Part shown: piece by piece, positions 24,563-32,185 of the stretch
Numbering within the stretch: the first letter of the stretch is position 1
Layout: every line of letters begins with the position of its first letter
IMG/VR virus record: IMGVR_UViG_3300038393_001280
Coordinates: 1 to 33,494 of that record
From: a virus
Lineage: Duplodnaviria > Caudoviricetes
Reading direction: 5' to 3' (one strand)
Length of the DNA: 33,494 bases
Program-made: the position numbers and the translations under genes
Notes under the pieces: generated by a model
Database searches by the model: none
What the model saw: the letters and a program-made list of their open reading frames with translations, nothing else
Told to the model about the DNA's origin: nothing

Positions 24563-25216
24563 TCAGCGTCGGCGTCGATAGCGTCGGTGCTCTACCATCG
24601 TCCCGATGATCTCCAGCGGCTCCAAGTCGCTTCGCACCGAGTCGAACTCGTCCGTGTTGAGCGGGATCAGTTCAAAGACTTCGCGCCCATGCGGATCAAC
24701 GCCGCGCAGCCGGTACTTCTTGAAGGTCGCACCGCCTTTGCTGTCGCGGGCTGCCACGAAGTCGCCAGAGTGGGGGCGTATGTCCGGGTCGATGATGACG
24801 CGATCGCCCTCCAAGAAGTCGGGCAGCATTGACCGGCCCTCAATCTTCAGAGCAAACGTGTAGGGTGACGACTCGACATCCGTGTAGATGAACTCTTCGC
24901 CTTCGCCCATGGCGAAAGCATCCACGATCTCCCGGAACATGCCCGCCTGGATGGGGCTGATGACTGGTATCCGTCGCTCTCCTACATCGGCCGGCAGAAC
25001 ATTCGTCTCTCCTGCCTCAAACCAGCGATCTGGAAGCCACGCCAGCTTGGCGCAGATGTTCGCCGCAGCCCTTTCGCCGAAGGGCTCGCTCGGATCAAGA
25101 AGCTGCGTTACGCGGCCCTTGCTGACGCCGATCGCCTCGGCGAACGCCTGCTGCGACCCCTTGAATCGAGGGCCATCAATAAGCGTCCGAAGCCGCGCTT
25201 TCCGATGAGCATCCAT
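24563..25216 (-). CDS. cI: CI-like repressor, HTH plus S24 autopeptidase
   Basis: SQQAFAEAIGVSKGRVTQLL HTH; QAG cleavage site, GRSM serine, TFKK lysine; start MDAHRK at 25216. Confidence 0.93.
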   Translation of the reverse strand: MDAHRKARLRTLIDGPRFKGSQQAFAEAIGVSKGRVTQLLDPSEPFGERAAANICAKLAWLPDRWFEAGETNVLPADVGERRIPVISPIQAGMFREIVDAFAMGEGEEFIYTDVESSPYTFALKIEGRSMLPDFLEGDRVIIDPDIRPHSGDFVAARDSKGGATFKKYRLRGVDPHGREVFELIPLNTDEFDSVRSDLEPLEIIGTMVEHRRYRRRR

Positions 25217-25282
25217 GTTTAGCAGAGGATAAACATGGGGGTTTAGAAATCCCTTGACGTCCGGTTTAGCCGAATCTAAACT
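25217..25282. promoter_or_regulatory. Right operator region OR3/OR2/OR1 with pR and pRM
   Basis: 18-bp sites at 25217-25234, 25241-25258, 25264-25281 (consensus GTTTAG-N6-CTAAAC); pR TTGACG-17-TAAACT; minus-strand TATCCT at 25226-25231. Confidence 0.88.
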
Positions 25283-25289
25283 GGGCGCC

Positions 25290-25601
25290 ATGAAGCTCTC
25301 CGAGTACATCCGCGAGGAACGGGGCAACGGGGCGGCCCTAGCTGCTGCGCTGGACATCTCGCCCTCCTACCTGTCGCAGCTCGCCACGCCTGGCGCGAGT
25401 GTTTCCCCGGTTCGCTGCGTCGCCATCGAGGCTGCCACCGAGGGAAAGGTCACTCGCAAGGACCTTCGGCCTGATGACTGGGAAGCCATCTGGCCAGAGC
25501 TGGCGATCGAGCAGCAGCCCAAGAAATGCGAGGGCACCGCGCACCCCGACAACGGGCAGCGCCGCCGCTCGACCGACAAGCCCCAGGCCCACGCCTCTTG
25601 A
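25290..25601 (+). CDS. cro: Cro/YdaS-like HTH regulator
   Basis: ALAAALDISPSYLSQ HTH, AIEAATEGKVTRKDLRPDDW; divergent from cI. Confidence 0.88.
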   Translation: MKLSEYIREERGNGAALAAALDISPSYLSQLATPGASVSPVRCVAIEAATEGKVTRKDLRPDDWEAIWPELAIEQQPKKCEGTAHPDNGQRRRSTDKPQAHAS

Positions 25602-25642
25602 TCCCCTGACCAAAAGAAGAAATCACACCAGGAGTTGATGCC

Positions 25643-25870
25643 ATGTACGCCGATCCGGCCCACATCCGCAAACACCGACTGAACCTGTCCCTGTCCGACA
25701 ACGAGTACGCGCTGCTTCGCGCGTTCTGCGACTACACGGGCGGGCAGATGTCCACCGTCGTTCGGGAAATGGTCCTGGGCAAGGCTGTGGAAGTGCTGCA
25801 TGTCGAGGCGAATTCTGCGAGCGCCGTCATCGAGATGCGACACGCAAACAACGCACTTCTTGCCGCCTGA
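25643..25870 (+). CDS. Ribbon-helix-helix-like regulator (CII position)
   Basis: MYADPAHIRKHRLNLSLSD.E...GGQ.STVVRE; AGGAG upstream. Confidence 0.7.
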   Translation: MYADPAHIRKHRLNLSLSDNEYALLRAFCDYTGGQMSTVVREMVLGKAVEVLHVEANSASAVIEMRHANNALLAA

Positions 25871-25882
25871 AAGGGCGGTTCT
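25862..25882 (+). terminator. Hairpin, possible tR1-like terminator
   Basis: GCCGCC-tgaaag-GGCGGT followed by a weak T-tract. Confidence 0.4.
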
Positions 25883-25918
25883 TCGTCACTTTTGCGTAAC
25901 GGAAAAGTAGAGCCTTAG

Positions 25919-26113
25919 ATGCCGCGCGAGCAGGAGATCGTCCTCAGCGATGCCGAGCTGGAGCAGATCCAGCGGGCCGCAGAGGTGCGCGGCATCAGCC
26001 TGCAAGAGGCGGCCAACGAGTTCATCCGGGAAGCGCTGGAGCGGCGCTTTCGTCAGCGCACCGGCCGCGCACCGGCCAAGGTCTTTGACATGTCCACCCG
26101 GCGTCGGCAATGA
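25919..26113 (+). CDS. Small RHH-like DNA-binding protein
   Basis: EIVLSDAE..QI..AA..RGISL..AA..FIREAL pattern. Confidence 0.65.
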   Translation: MPREQEIVLSDAELEQIQRAAEVRGISLQEAANEFIREALERRFRQRTGRAPAKVFDMSTRRRQ

Positions 26114-26373
26114 GCCTTGCCGCAATTCAGCGTAACTCTTTCGGTACACCAACCATGCCCCGCAAAAAGTCAGTCGAGATCGGCCCCATGAGCGGCAACA
26201 GCGGCGGCGTGCCGCACTACGTGCCGCCGCGTGTGGCGTTCGATGCGCCCGCGCGCATCACCAATTCGTCCGCCAAGGGCACCTACAGCGAAGTGGAGGC
26301 CCACAAGGGCGCCGCACTGCGTCCGGGCTGCCTGCAGGCGTTCTCTCTGCCTTCGCGAGGTGTTCGGTGCTGA
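26110..26373 (+). CDS. Hypothetical phage protein
   Basis: ATGA coupling; RPG...FSLPSR motif. Confidence 0.6.
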   Translation: MSLAAIQRNSFGTPTMPRKKSVEIGPMSGNSGGVPHYVPPRVAFDAPARITNSSAKGTYSEVEAHKGAALRPGCLQAFSLPSRGVRC

Positions 26374-26744
26374 ACTCCCCCACGACTACTTTGGACCTGC
26401 CGGAAAGCAATGTCTGTAAGGCAAGGATTACACCTTGCGCCGGACAAGGGCTTACTGATGCAGCGCATCAGCGGGCTCGCGCGACGGACCCCGAAACCAG
26501 CCATGCCGCCGCGGCGCGCGCAGGACTGTTCGCCAAGGGGCATGCCAGCCGGATCCTGGCGGCGCTGCACGAGCTGGGCTCTGCGACCGCTCACGAGATC
26601 GCCGCGGCTACGGGCCTGACCGTCGTCCAGATCGATCGGCGGCTTCCGGAGCTGGAGCGAGCCGGCAAGGCCCGCGTGTTGACCATGGCGGCGCACCCGC
26701 TGGTGCGCGATGGCTACCGCGTGTGGACGAGGAGCGCCGTGTGA
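26367..26744 (+). CDS. Winged-helix DNA-binding protein
   Basis: ARATDPETSHAAA followed by ATAHEIAAATGL....DRRLPEL HTH. Confidence 0.7.
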   Translation: MLNSPTTTLDLPESNVCKARITPCAGQGLTDAAHQRARATDPETSHAAAARAGLFAKGHASRILAALHELGSATAHEIAAATGLTVVQIDRRLPELERAGKARVLTMAAHPLVRDGYRVWTRSAV

Positions 26745-27580
26745 TCATCGATCCGGACTTCCTCGACCACTGGCGCACCCGCATGGTGGTGGACGCGCTC
26801 GGCGGTGACGAGATGGCGCCCATGTTCATCATGCGCCTGTGGGCGCACTGCCAGGCGCGCAAGTCCGATCGCCACGCCATGCCGCCGGCTGGCCTGAAGG
26901 CCCAATGCCGCGCGCCGCACGATGCCGTCGCTTTCGAGCAGGCGCTGACCGATGCCGGGTTCGTCCAGCGCGAGGGCGACACGATTCTCGTGCTCGGATG
27001 GGCCGAACAGAACGCGTCACTCCTGGCCGCTTGGGAGAACGGCGCGAAGGGCGGAAGGCCCTCGAAACAACCCAAGCAAAACCCACGGGTTACCGGATCA
27101 GAACCCACGGGTAACCCGGCGGTAACCCATGGGGAACCCAACGCTAACCCAGACGAAACCGATAAGAGTAGAGAAGAGAAGAACTCTTCTTCACTACGTT
27201 CAGAAGAGCAGCGCGCTACGCGCTTGCCCAAGCCGTTCGCATTGCCGGACGACTGGCGGCAGTTCTGCCGGGCAGAGCGTCCGGAGCTGGATCCGGATCG
27301 GGTGGCGGCCAAGTTCGCCGACTACTGGCACGGGGTGAGCGGCAAGGGCGGGCGAAAGCTGGACTGGCTCGCCACCTGGCGCAACTGGGTCCGCGACGAG
27401 CGAGCGCCGGCACGCGCCATCACTGCGGCGCCGGCCGCTCAGTCCTTCGCCGCGCAAGACCGCGAAGCCGGCATGCGCCGCTGGGAGGAGATGACCGGCC
27501 GCACCCACCCCGACCGCGCCGGCCAGCCCGCCTGCCTGGTCATCGATCAACCCCCTCTGTCCCTTGGAGCCCCGGCATGA
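26741..27580 (+). CDS. Replication initiator protein (O-like) carrying the origin
   Basis: GTGA-coupled start; NGAKGGRP linker, internal iteron array, C-terminal FADYW...DW.ATWRNWVR domain. Confidence 0.85.
   Translation: MIIDPDFLDHWRTRMVVDALGGDEMAPMFIMRLWAHCQARKSDRHAMPPAGLKAQCRAPHDAVAFEQALTDAGFVQREGDTILVLGWAEQNASLLAAWENGAKGGRPSKQPKQNPRVTGSEPTGNPAVTHGEPNANPDETDKSREEKNSSSLRSEEQRATRLPKPFALPDDWRQFCRAERPELDPDRVAAKFADYWHGVSGKGGRKLDWLATWRNWVRDERAPARAITAAPAAQSFAAQDREAGMRRWEEMTGRTHPDRAGQPACLVIDQPPLSLGAPA
27069..27210 (+). repeat. Origin of replication: nine 11-bp-phased AACCC iterons plus A/G-rich tract
   Basis: AACCC or variant at 27069, 27080, 27091, 27102, 27113, 27124, 27135, 27146, 27157, then a lower-GC purine-rich stretch. 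Confidence 0.8.
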
Positions 27581-28044
27581 GCCTGCCCATGACCGTCATC
27601 GATCGCCTGTTCCAGCGCATGGCTGCCACCTACGGCGCGTCCTGGGACCGGAGCATGGGCAATGCGCCCCTGGCCGACGTCAAGACCGCCTGGGCGCACG
27701 AGCTGCAGGGCTTCGGTGCTCGGCTGGATGCCGTCGCCTGGGCGCTGGAGAACTTGCCCGAGCGCTGCCCGAACGTCATCGAGTTCCGCAACCTGTGCCG
27801 CAAGGCGCCAGAGCCAGAGACGCCGAAGCTGCCCGAGCCGCCGGCCGACCCGGAGCGCCTGCGCGCCGAGCTCGCGAAGCTGCAGCCGATCATCGACGCG
27901 GCCAAGCGAGCGGTGACGGTGGATCGACTGGCGTGGGCGCGGCGGATCGTCTCGCGGCGCGATGCCGGCGCGCGGGTGGCGCACGGCACCTACAACATCG
28001 CCGCCGACGCGCTGCGCAAGAACGGCCAAGGGGAACGCGCATGA
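27577..28044 (+). CDS. Replication protein P-like helicase loader
   Basis: LFQRMAATYG..W, W..EL..F, PNVIEFRNLC pattern; follows the initiator. Confidence 0.65.
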   Translation: MSLPMTVIDRLFQRMAATYGASWDRSMGNAPLADVKTAWAHELQGFGARLDAVAWALENLPERCPNVIEFRNLCRKAPEPETPKLPEPPADPERLRAELAKLQPIIDAAKRAVTVDRLAWARRIVSRRDAGARVAHGTYNIAADALRKNGQGERA

Positions 28045-28208
28045 CCCGCGCCCACGCTGCCCGCCAGCTGCTGGCCCTCGGGCCGCTGTCCTTCCGCGAC
28101 TTCCACGCGATCACCGGCTGGCCCTATGCCGTGGCTCGCAGCGTCATCAGCTACCTGCAGGACGCGGGCTACATCGTCAACGAATGCGGCGCATGGAGGC
28201 TCGCGTGA
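28041..28208 (+). CDS. Small winged-helix-like protein
   Basis: ATGA-coupled MTRAHAARQLLALGPLSF..F..ITGW. Confidence 0.6.
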   Translation: MTRAHAARQLLALGPLSFRDFHAITGWPYAVARSVISYLQDAGYIVNECGAWRLA

Positions 28209-28418
28209 GTGGACTACCTGAAGCACTTCGAGGAGATGCTGTCGCACTACGCGCGCCTGGCGGCGACCTGCCCAGCGTGGAAGCGCTACGCGTGGGACCG
28301 GGTGCGGGAGATGGCGACGGAATGCCCGGAGCTGTACGCGGACCTGCCGCGCCGGCTGACGCTGGCCATGAAAGCGCAGGCGGATTCGTCTCCCGCGACA
28401 TTGAGCGCAAGCCGCTGA
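28209..28418 (+). CDS. Hypothetical phage protein
   Basis: GGAGG RBS before GTG; PAWKRYAW motif. Confidence 0.55.
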   Translation: MDYLKHFEEMLSHYARLAATCPAWKRYAWDRVREMATECPELYADLPRRLTLAMKAQADSSPATLSASR

Positions 28419-28420
28419 CA

Positions 28421-28780
28421 GTGACGCTGCCGTTCCCGGATCCGTCCCTGATGCCCAACCGGAAGAACGGCAAGCACTGGGGCGCCACGCACGCGGCCAA
28501 GGGCGAAGCCTGGAAGGCGGGCTACTACCTGACGCACGAGGCCATGAAGCGCCACGCCGGGGTGTGGTTCTCCACCCGCGGTCAGGTGCCGGTAACGCTC
28601 ACGTTCTGCCCGCCGGACCGGCGCAAGCGCGATCTGGACAACCTGCTGGCGGCATCCAAGGCGGTGCTCGATGGGGTGGCGGCTGCGTTGCTGATGGATG
28701 ACCGTGAATTCGAGCCTGTGACGCTCAAGCGAGGCGAGGCCCGCAAGGGCGGGGCGATGGTGCTGGAGGTGGGATCGTGA
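28421..28780 (+). CDS. rusA: RusA-family Holliday junction resolvase (start uncertain)
   Basis: LPFP..SL.PN, PPDRRKRDLDNLL...K..LDG......DD motifs. Confidence 0.85.
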   Translation: MTLPFPDPSLMPNRKNGKHWGATHAAKGEAWKAGYYLTHEAMKRHAGVWFSTRGQVPVTLTFCPPDRRKRDLDNLLAASKAVLDGVAAALLMDDREFEPVTLKRGEARKGGAMVLEVGS

Positions 28781-29196
28781 GCGACGCCCTGTCCATCGAA
28801 CTGCACAACCGCGCGCAGGCGTGGATCGCCATCCAGCAGCAGCTGTTTCCCTTCCTCAAGGACGTGCTGCAGGGCGGCGGCCGCTGGGTCCTGACCGTGG
28901 GCCGACGCAAGCGCACTTCAAAGCAGAACCGCCGCTACTGGGGCAAGGGCGTCCTGGCCCAAGTCGCAGAGCAGGCTGTGGTGAACGGACGCCAGTTCAG
29001 CGCCGAGACCTGGCACGAGCAGTTCAAGCGCCAGTTCATCGGCGTGATCGAGCTGCCCAACGGGCAAGTGATCGGCAAGAGCAGCACGGATCTGAGCACG
29101 ACTGAGTTCTCGGCCTTCTGCGACCAAGTGGAGGCGTTCGCCGCCTCCGAGTTGGGCGTGACGTTCTACGACCTGGCGCCACGGGAGGCTGCGTGA
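28777..29196 (+). CDS. ninB: NinB/YbcN-family recombination protein
   Basis: KRTSKQNRRYW, WHEQFK, SSTDLS..EFS.F...VEAFA. Confidence 0.85.
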   Translation: MSDALSIELHNRAQAWIAIQQQLFPFLKDVLQGGGRWVLTVGRRKRTSKQNRRYWGKGVLAQVAEQAVVNGRQFSAETWHEQFKRQFIGVIELPNGQVIGKSSTDLSTTEFSAFCDQVEAFAASELGVTFYDLAPREAA

Positions 29197-29720
29197 TGCT
29201 GCGCCGCACACCCATGAAGCGGGGCAAGGGCTTCAAGTCCAAGCGCCACGACGCGCCGGCCGTCCCCCGCGAGGACCGCCCGATGGCGCTGTATCCGGCA
29301 ACCCGCCGCGGCACCTACGGCGGGACGCTGGGCGAAGCGGCGCCCAAGACCCGGGCCCGGCGCAATCCCACGGTGCTCGAGATGGCCCGCGGCCGTACCT
29401 GCCTGATCCGCCGGCCGGACGTGTGCGTCGGCCTGACCGAGACCACGGTGGCGGCGCACTCCAACCTGCTCGTGCACGGCAAAGGCAAGAGCCGCAAGGC
29501 GGACGACTGCTACACGGTGTGGGCGTGCTTTCCCTGCCATGCCTGGCTGGATCAGGGCGGCGCCAGCGCGCAGGAGAAGGAAGCGGCGTTCCGTGCTGCG
29601 CTGCAGCGCCAGGCCGACCAATGGCAGGCGATCGCCCGGGATGCATCGGAGCCGCCCCGGTTTCGCGCCGCGGCGCAGTGGGCGCTGGATCAACTGGACG
29701 AGAACAAGGAGCAGAAGTAA
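29196..29720 (+). CDS. DUF1364/YbcO-like His-Cys nuclease protein
   Basis: ARGRTCLIR.P.VC....ETTVAAHSN...GKG...KADD...ACFPCH. Confidence 0.8.
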   Translation: MLRRTPMKRGKGFKSKRHDAPAVPREDRPMALYPATRRGTYGGTLGEAAPKTRARRNPTVLEMARGRTCLIRRPDVCVGLTETTVAAHSNLLVHGKGKSRKADDCYTVWACFPCHAWLDQGGASAQEKEAAFRAALQRQADQWQAIARDASEPPRFRAAAQWALDQLDENKEQK

Positions 29721-30256
29721 TGGCGAAGCCGGCCAAGGTCCACACGGTGGCCAGCCTCAAGGCAAACACGGAGCAGGAGGGCGACTGCCTGCTGTGGAAG
29801 GGATCGCTCGGATACCACGACGTCCCGCAGATCTACAACAAGGGCGAGGGCGTCGTTCCGGTGCGCAGGCTGCTGTCCGACCTGCTGGGCAAGGAGCGCA
29901 CGGGCCGCTATTACGGGGTGAGCTGTGAGAACCCGCGCTGCATCGCGCCGGTTCACATCGAGCAGCGCTCCCAGGCTGAGCACTCCAAGGCCATCGCGCA
30001 CATCTCCAACAAGGGCGCCGCGGTCATGAAGCGCAAAGCGTCCTGCACGGTTCGCAGGCGCGCCAACCCGCCCAAGCTGGACATGGAGCGCGCCGCCGCG
30101 ATCCGCGTGGACACCCGTCCGACCGGGCAGGTTGCCGACGAGTACGGAATCGACCGATCAATGGTCTGGAAGATCAGGACGGGCCGCGCATGGCTGGACA
30201 CCGCCAGCCCGTTCGCCGGACTGCTGATGGTCGCCGGCCAGCAAGCCCTGCGCTGA
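29720..30256 (+). CDS. His-Me finger-like protein with C-terminal HTH
   Basis: DCLLWKG, SCENPRCIAPVH, then VADEYGIDRSMVWKIRTGRAW; TAATG coupling. Confidence 0.7.
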   Translation: MAKPAKVHTVASLKANTEQEGDCLLWKGSLGYHDVPQIYNKGEGVVPVRRLLSDLLGKERTGRYYGVSCENPRCIAPVHIEQRSQAEHSKAIAHISNKGAAVMKRKASCTVRRRANPPKLDMERAAAIRVDTRPTGQVADEYGIDRSMVWKIRTGRAWLDTASPFAGLLMVAGQQALR

Positions 30257-30266
30257 GGGCAACCAC

Positions 30267-30671
30267 ATGGAGGGACTGATGATCGCCAAGAACTTCCGCC
30301 GCTTCCCCGAAGCGCTGGCGCTGCAACTGTGCCTGCCCCTGGCGCAGGTTCACGCCCGGCTCGTGCGAGCACGGCACATCACCAGCGCCTCCCACAACGT
30401 GGCCCCGCCAGTCGGCGCCCTTCGCCTGCCCGTGAGAACCCGCGACCGGGACGTGGAGGACTTCCCCATCGGAACCGTGGTCCGCACGCCCCTTGGGATG
30501 CTGGCCAAGGTGGAAGGCTACCGCGGCGGCAAGAGGCTCGGAGGTGGCCAGAAGGATGATCACGAGCGGTTGTTCTGCCGGTACATGGACGCCGCCAGCA
30601 AGAAGTTCGGGACCGTGCTGCTGCAGCCCAGCAAGGTCGAGATCGTGGAAATCCCGGAAGGAAGGAACTGA
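30267..30671 (+). CDS. Hypothetical protein (start 30267 or 30279)
   Basis: GGAGG before ATG 30279; SH3/KOW-like FPIGTVVRTP.G..AKV segment; coupled to terS. Confidence 0.6.
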   Translation: MEGLMIAKNFRRFPEALALQLCLPLAQVHARLVRARHITSASHNVAPPVGALRLPVRTRDRDVEDFPIGTVVRTPLGMLAKVEGYRGGKRLGGGQKDDHERLFCRYMDAASKKFGTVLLQPSKVEIVEIPEGRN

Positions 30672-31237
30672 TGGCCCGTCCATCCAAGCTAAGCCCGGAG
30701 CAGTGGGCCGAGATCGAGCGCCGGCTGGCTGCGAGCGAGTCGGCAAGCGCCTTGGCCCGGGAGTTCGGGGTGCATGCCAGCCAGATCACTCGCCGGGTTA
30801 CGCAAGTTTCGCAACAGGTGCGGGAAGTTGCGGAAAAGGTTGCGATTGCCCAGACGGCGCTGGCCGAACTGCCCGTTGCGCGGCAATACAGCGCCCTGTC
30901 GTTGGCCGATGAAATCCGCGGGCTCCAGAACGATGTCCTGGCAGCCACGCGCCTCGGCGCCAAGAGTTCGCTTCGGCTGCATGCCATGGCGAATACGGAA
31001 CTGCAGAAGGTGGACGACGCCGAGCCGCTCAAGTCGCAGGATGCGCTCAAGGGCGTGGCGGTGCTGACCAAGATGGCCAACGAGTCGATGGCGCCCGCGC
31101 TGGCGGTGCTGCAGGCCAGCAAGGATCGGCTGCGGGAAGACCCGCCGGACCCGAACGCCGCACCGACGTCGGGCGTGCTGGTGGTTCCCGGCCTGGCAGC
31201 CGACAGCGCCTCTTGGGCGGCTCAGGGAGGAAAGTGA
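30671..31237 (+). CDS. terS: Terminase small subunit (HTH type)
   Basis: MARPSKLSPEQW.EI.RR...ES...LAREFGV HTH, coiled coil, C-terminal GVLVVPG...W. Confidence 0.75.
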   Translation: MARPSKLSPEQWAEIERRLAASESASALAREFGVHASQITRRVTQVSQQVREVAEKVAIAQTALAELPVARQYSALSLADEIRGLQNDVLAATRLGAKSSLRLHAMANTELQKVDDAEPLKSQDALKGVAVLTKMANESMAPALAVLQASKDRLREDPPDPNAAPTSGVLVVPGLAADSASWAAQGGK

Positions 31238-31473
31238 TGCGCTACACCGACAAGCAGATCCAGCGCCTGATTGATAGCTGGCTCGGGCTCGGCACGGACG
31301 ACCGGACGCGGTCCATGAGCCTGCCTGAGTTGCAGGCAAAGATTCACGTATGCGAATGCTGCGGCGACGCGACCGAGGAATGCGGCGACCGGGCCGCCGA
31401 GTACAAGGCGGCGCGCGAGCAGGGCATGGAGAACCTGCGGGCGCTGCTGCGGGCGCGGATCGCCGAGGCGTGA
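31237..31473 (+). CDS. Small hypothetical protein with CECC motif
   Basis: GGAGG RBS, TGATG coupling to terS. Confidence 0.55.
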   Translation: MRYTDKQIQRLIDSWLGLGTDDRTRSMSLPELQAKIHVCECCGDATEECGDRAAEYKAAREQGMENLRALLRARIAEA

Positions 31474-31509
31474 CTTTCCGGCGCCGCCAATCCCCGCGAG
31501 CCGGACGAT
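31470..31509 (+). promoter_or_regulatory. Putative late promoter copy 2 (GTGACTTTCCGGCGC-N17-CGGACGAT)
   Basis: Same 15-mer and spacing as 8572-8611; upstream of HNH-terL. Confidence 0.7.
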
Positions 31510-31662
31510 AGCTGCACTCGCGGGAGCCTCCTACCTTTCACCCGGGCCGACCACCTGGGAACAAGCTCCTGATGCCGAACGCGACCGCCGCCCGCACACG
31601 CTTGTTCACGGCGCCGCGCGAGGTCAATCCGTTGGAGGCTCGCAAGTAGTGAGGCGGCAATC

Positions 31663-32166
31663 GTGGAGAACGGTCTCAACAAAATGCTAGTACGCGAACG
31701 TCTTTTTGAGTTGCTCGAATATGACCCGGAGACGGGCATCTTTCGGTGGAAAGTGTCCCCGAGGGGGAACGTCCGTGCGGGCGAGGTGGCTGGATGCACG
31801 AACGAGCGCCGCTATTGCGTCGTCGCGGTTGACGGGGTGCTACACAGAGCCCATCGCCTCGCCTGGTTTTACATGACTGGTGAGTGGCCCCAAGGCGAGG
31901 TCGACCATATCAATGGGCAGCGCGAGGACAATCGATTTAGAAATCTTCGCGTAGTCACTGGCGCAATCAATAGCCAGAACCGCCGCCGCGCCAATCGCAA
32001 TAGCCGCACTGGGCTGCTCGGCGTGTACCCTCACAAGACCGGGTTCCAATCTCGAATCATGGTCGGCGGTAGTCGAAGGCATCTCGGAACCTTTCCGACC
32101 GCCGAAGAGGCGCATGCAGCGTACGTAGCCGCCAAGCGCCAGATCCATCCCGGCAGCACTCTATGA
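31663..32166 (+). CDS. HNH homing endonuclease with AP2-like DNA-binding domain (start 31663 or 31684)
   Basis: LEYDPETGIFRW, AHRLAW..MTGEWP, VDHINGQREDNRFRNLR, HLGTFPTAEEAHAAY. Confidence 0.92.
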   Translation: MENGLNKMLVRERLFELLEYDPETGIFRWKVSPRGNVRAGEVAGCTNERRYCVVAVDGVLHRAHRLAWFYMTGEWPQGEVDHINGQREDNRFRNLRVVTGAINSQNRRRANRNSRTGLLGVYPHKTGFQSRIMVGGSRRHLGTFPTAEEAHAAYVAAKRQIHPGSTL

Positions 32167-32185
32167 CGAGGCGGCCTCAGTCCGC

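Noticed and set aside
27069-27167. CRISPR or mini-array
   Set aside because: Period is 11 bp with no spacers, it lies inside the initiator ORF, and no cas genes are present; fits iterons
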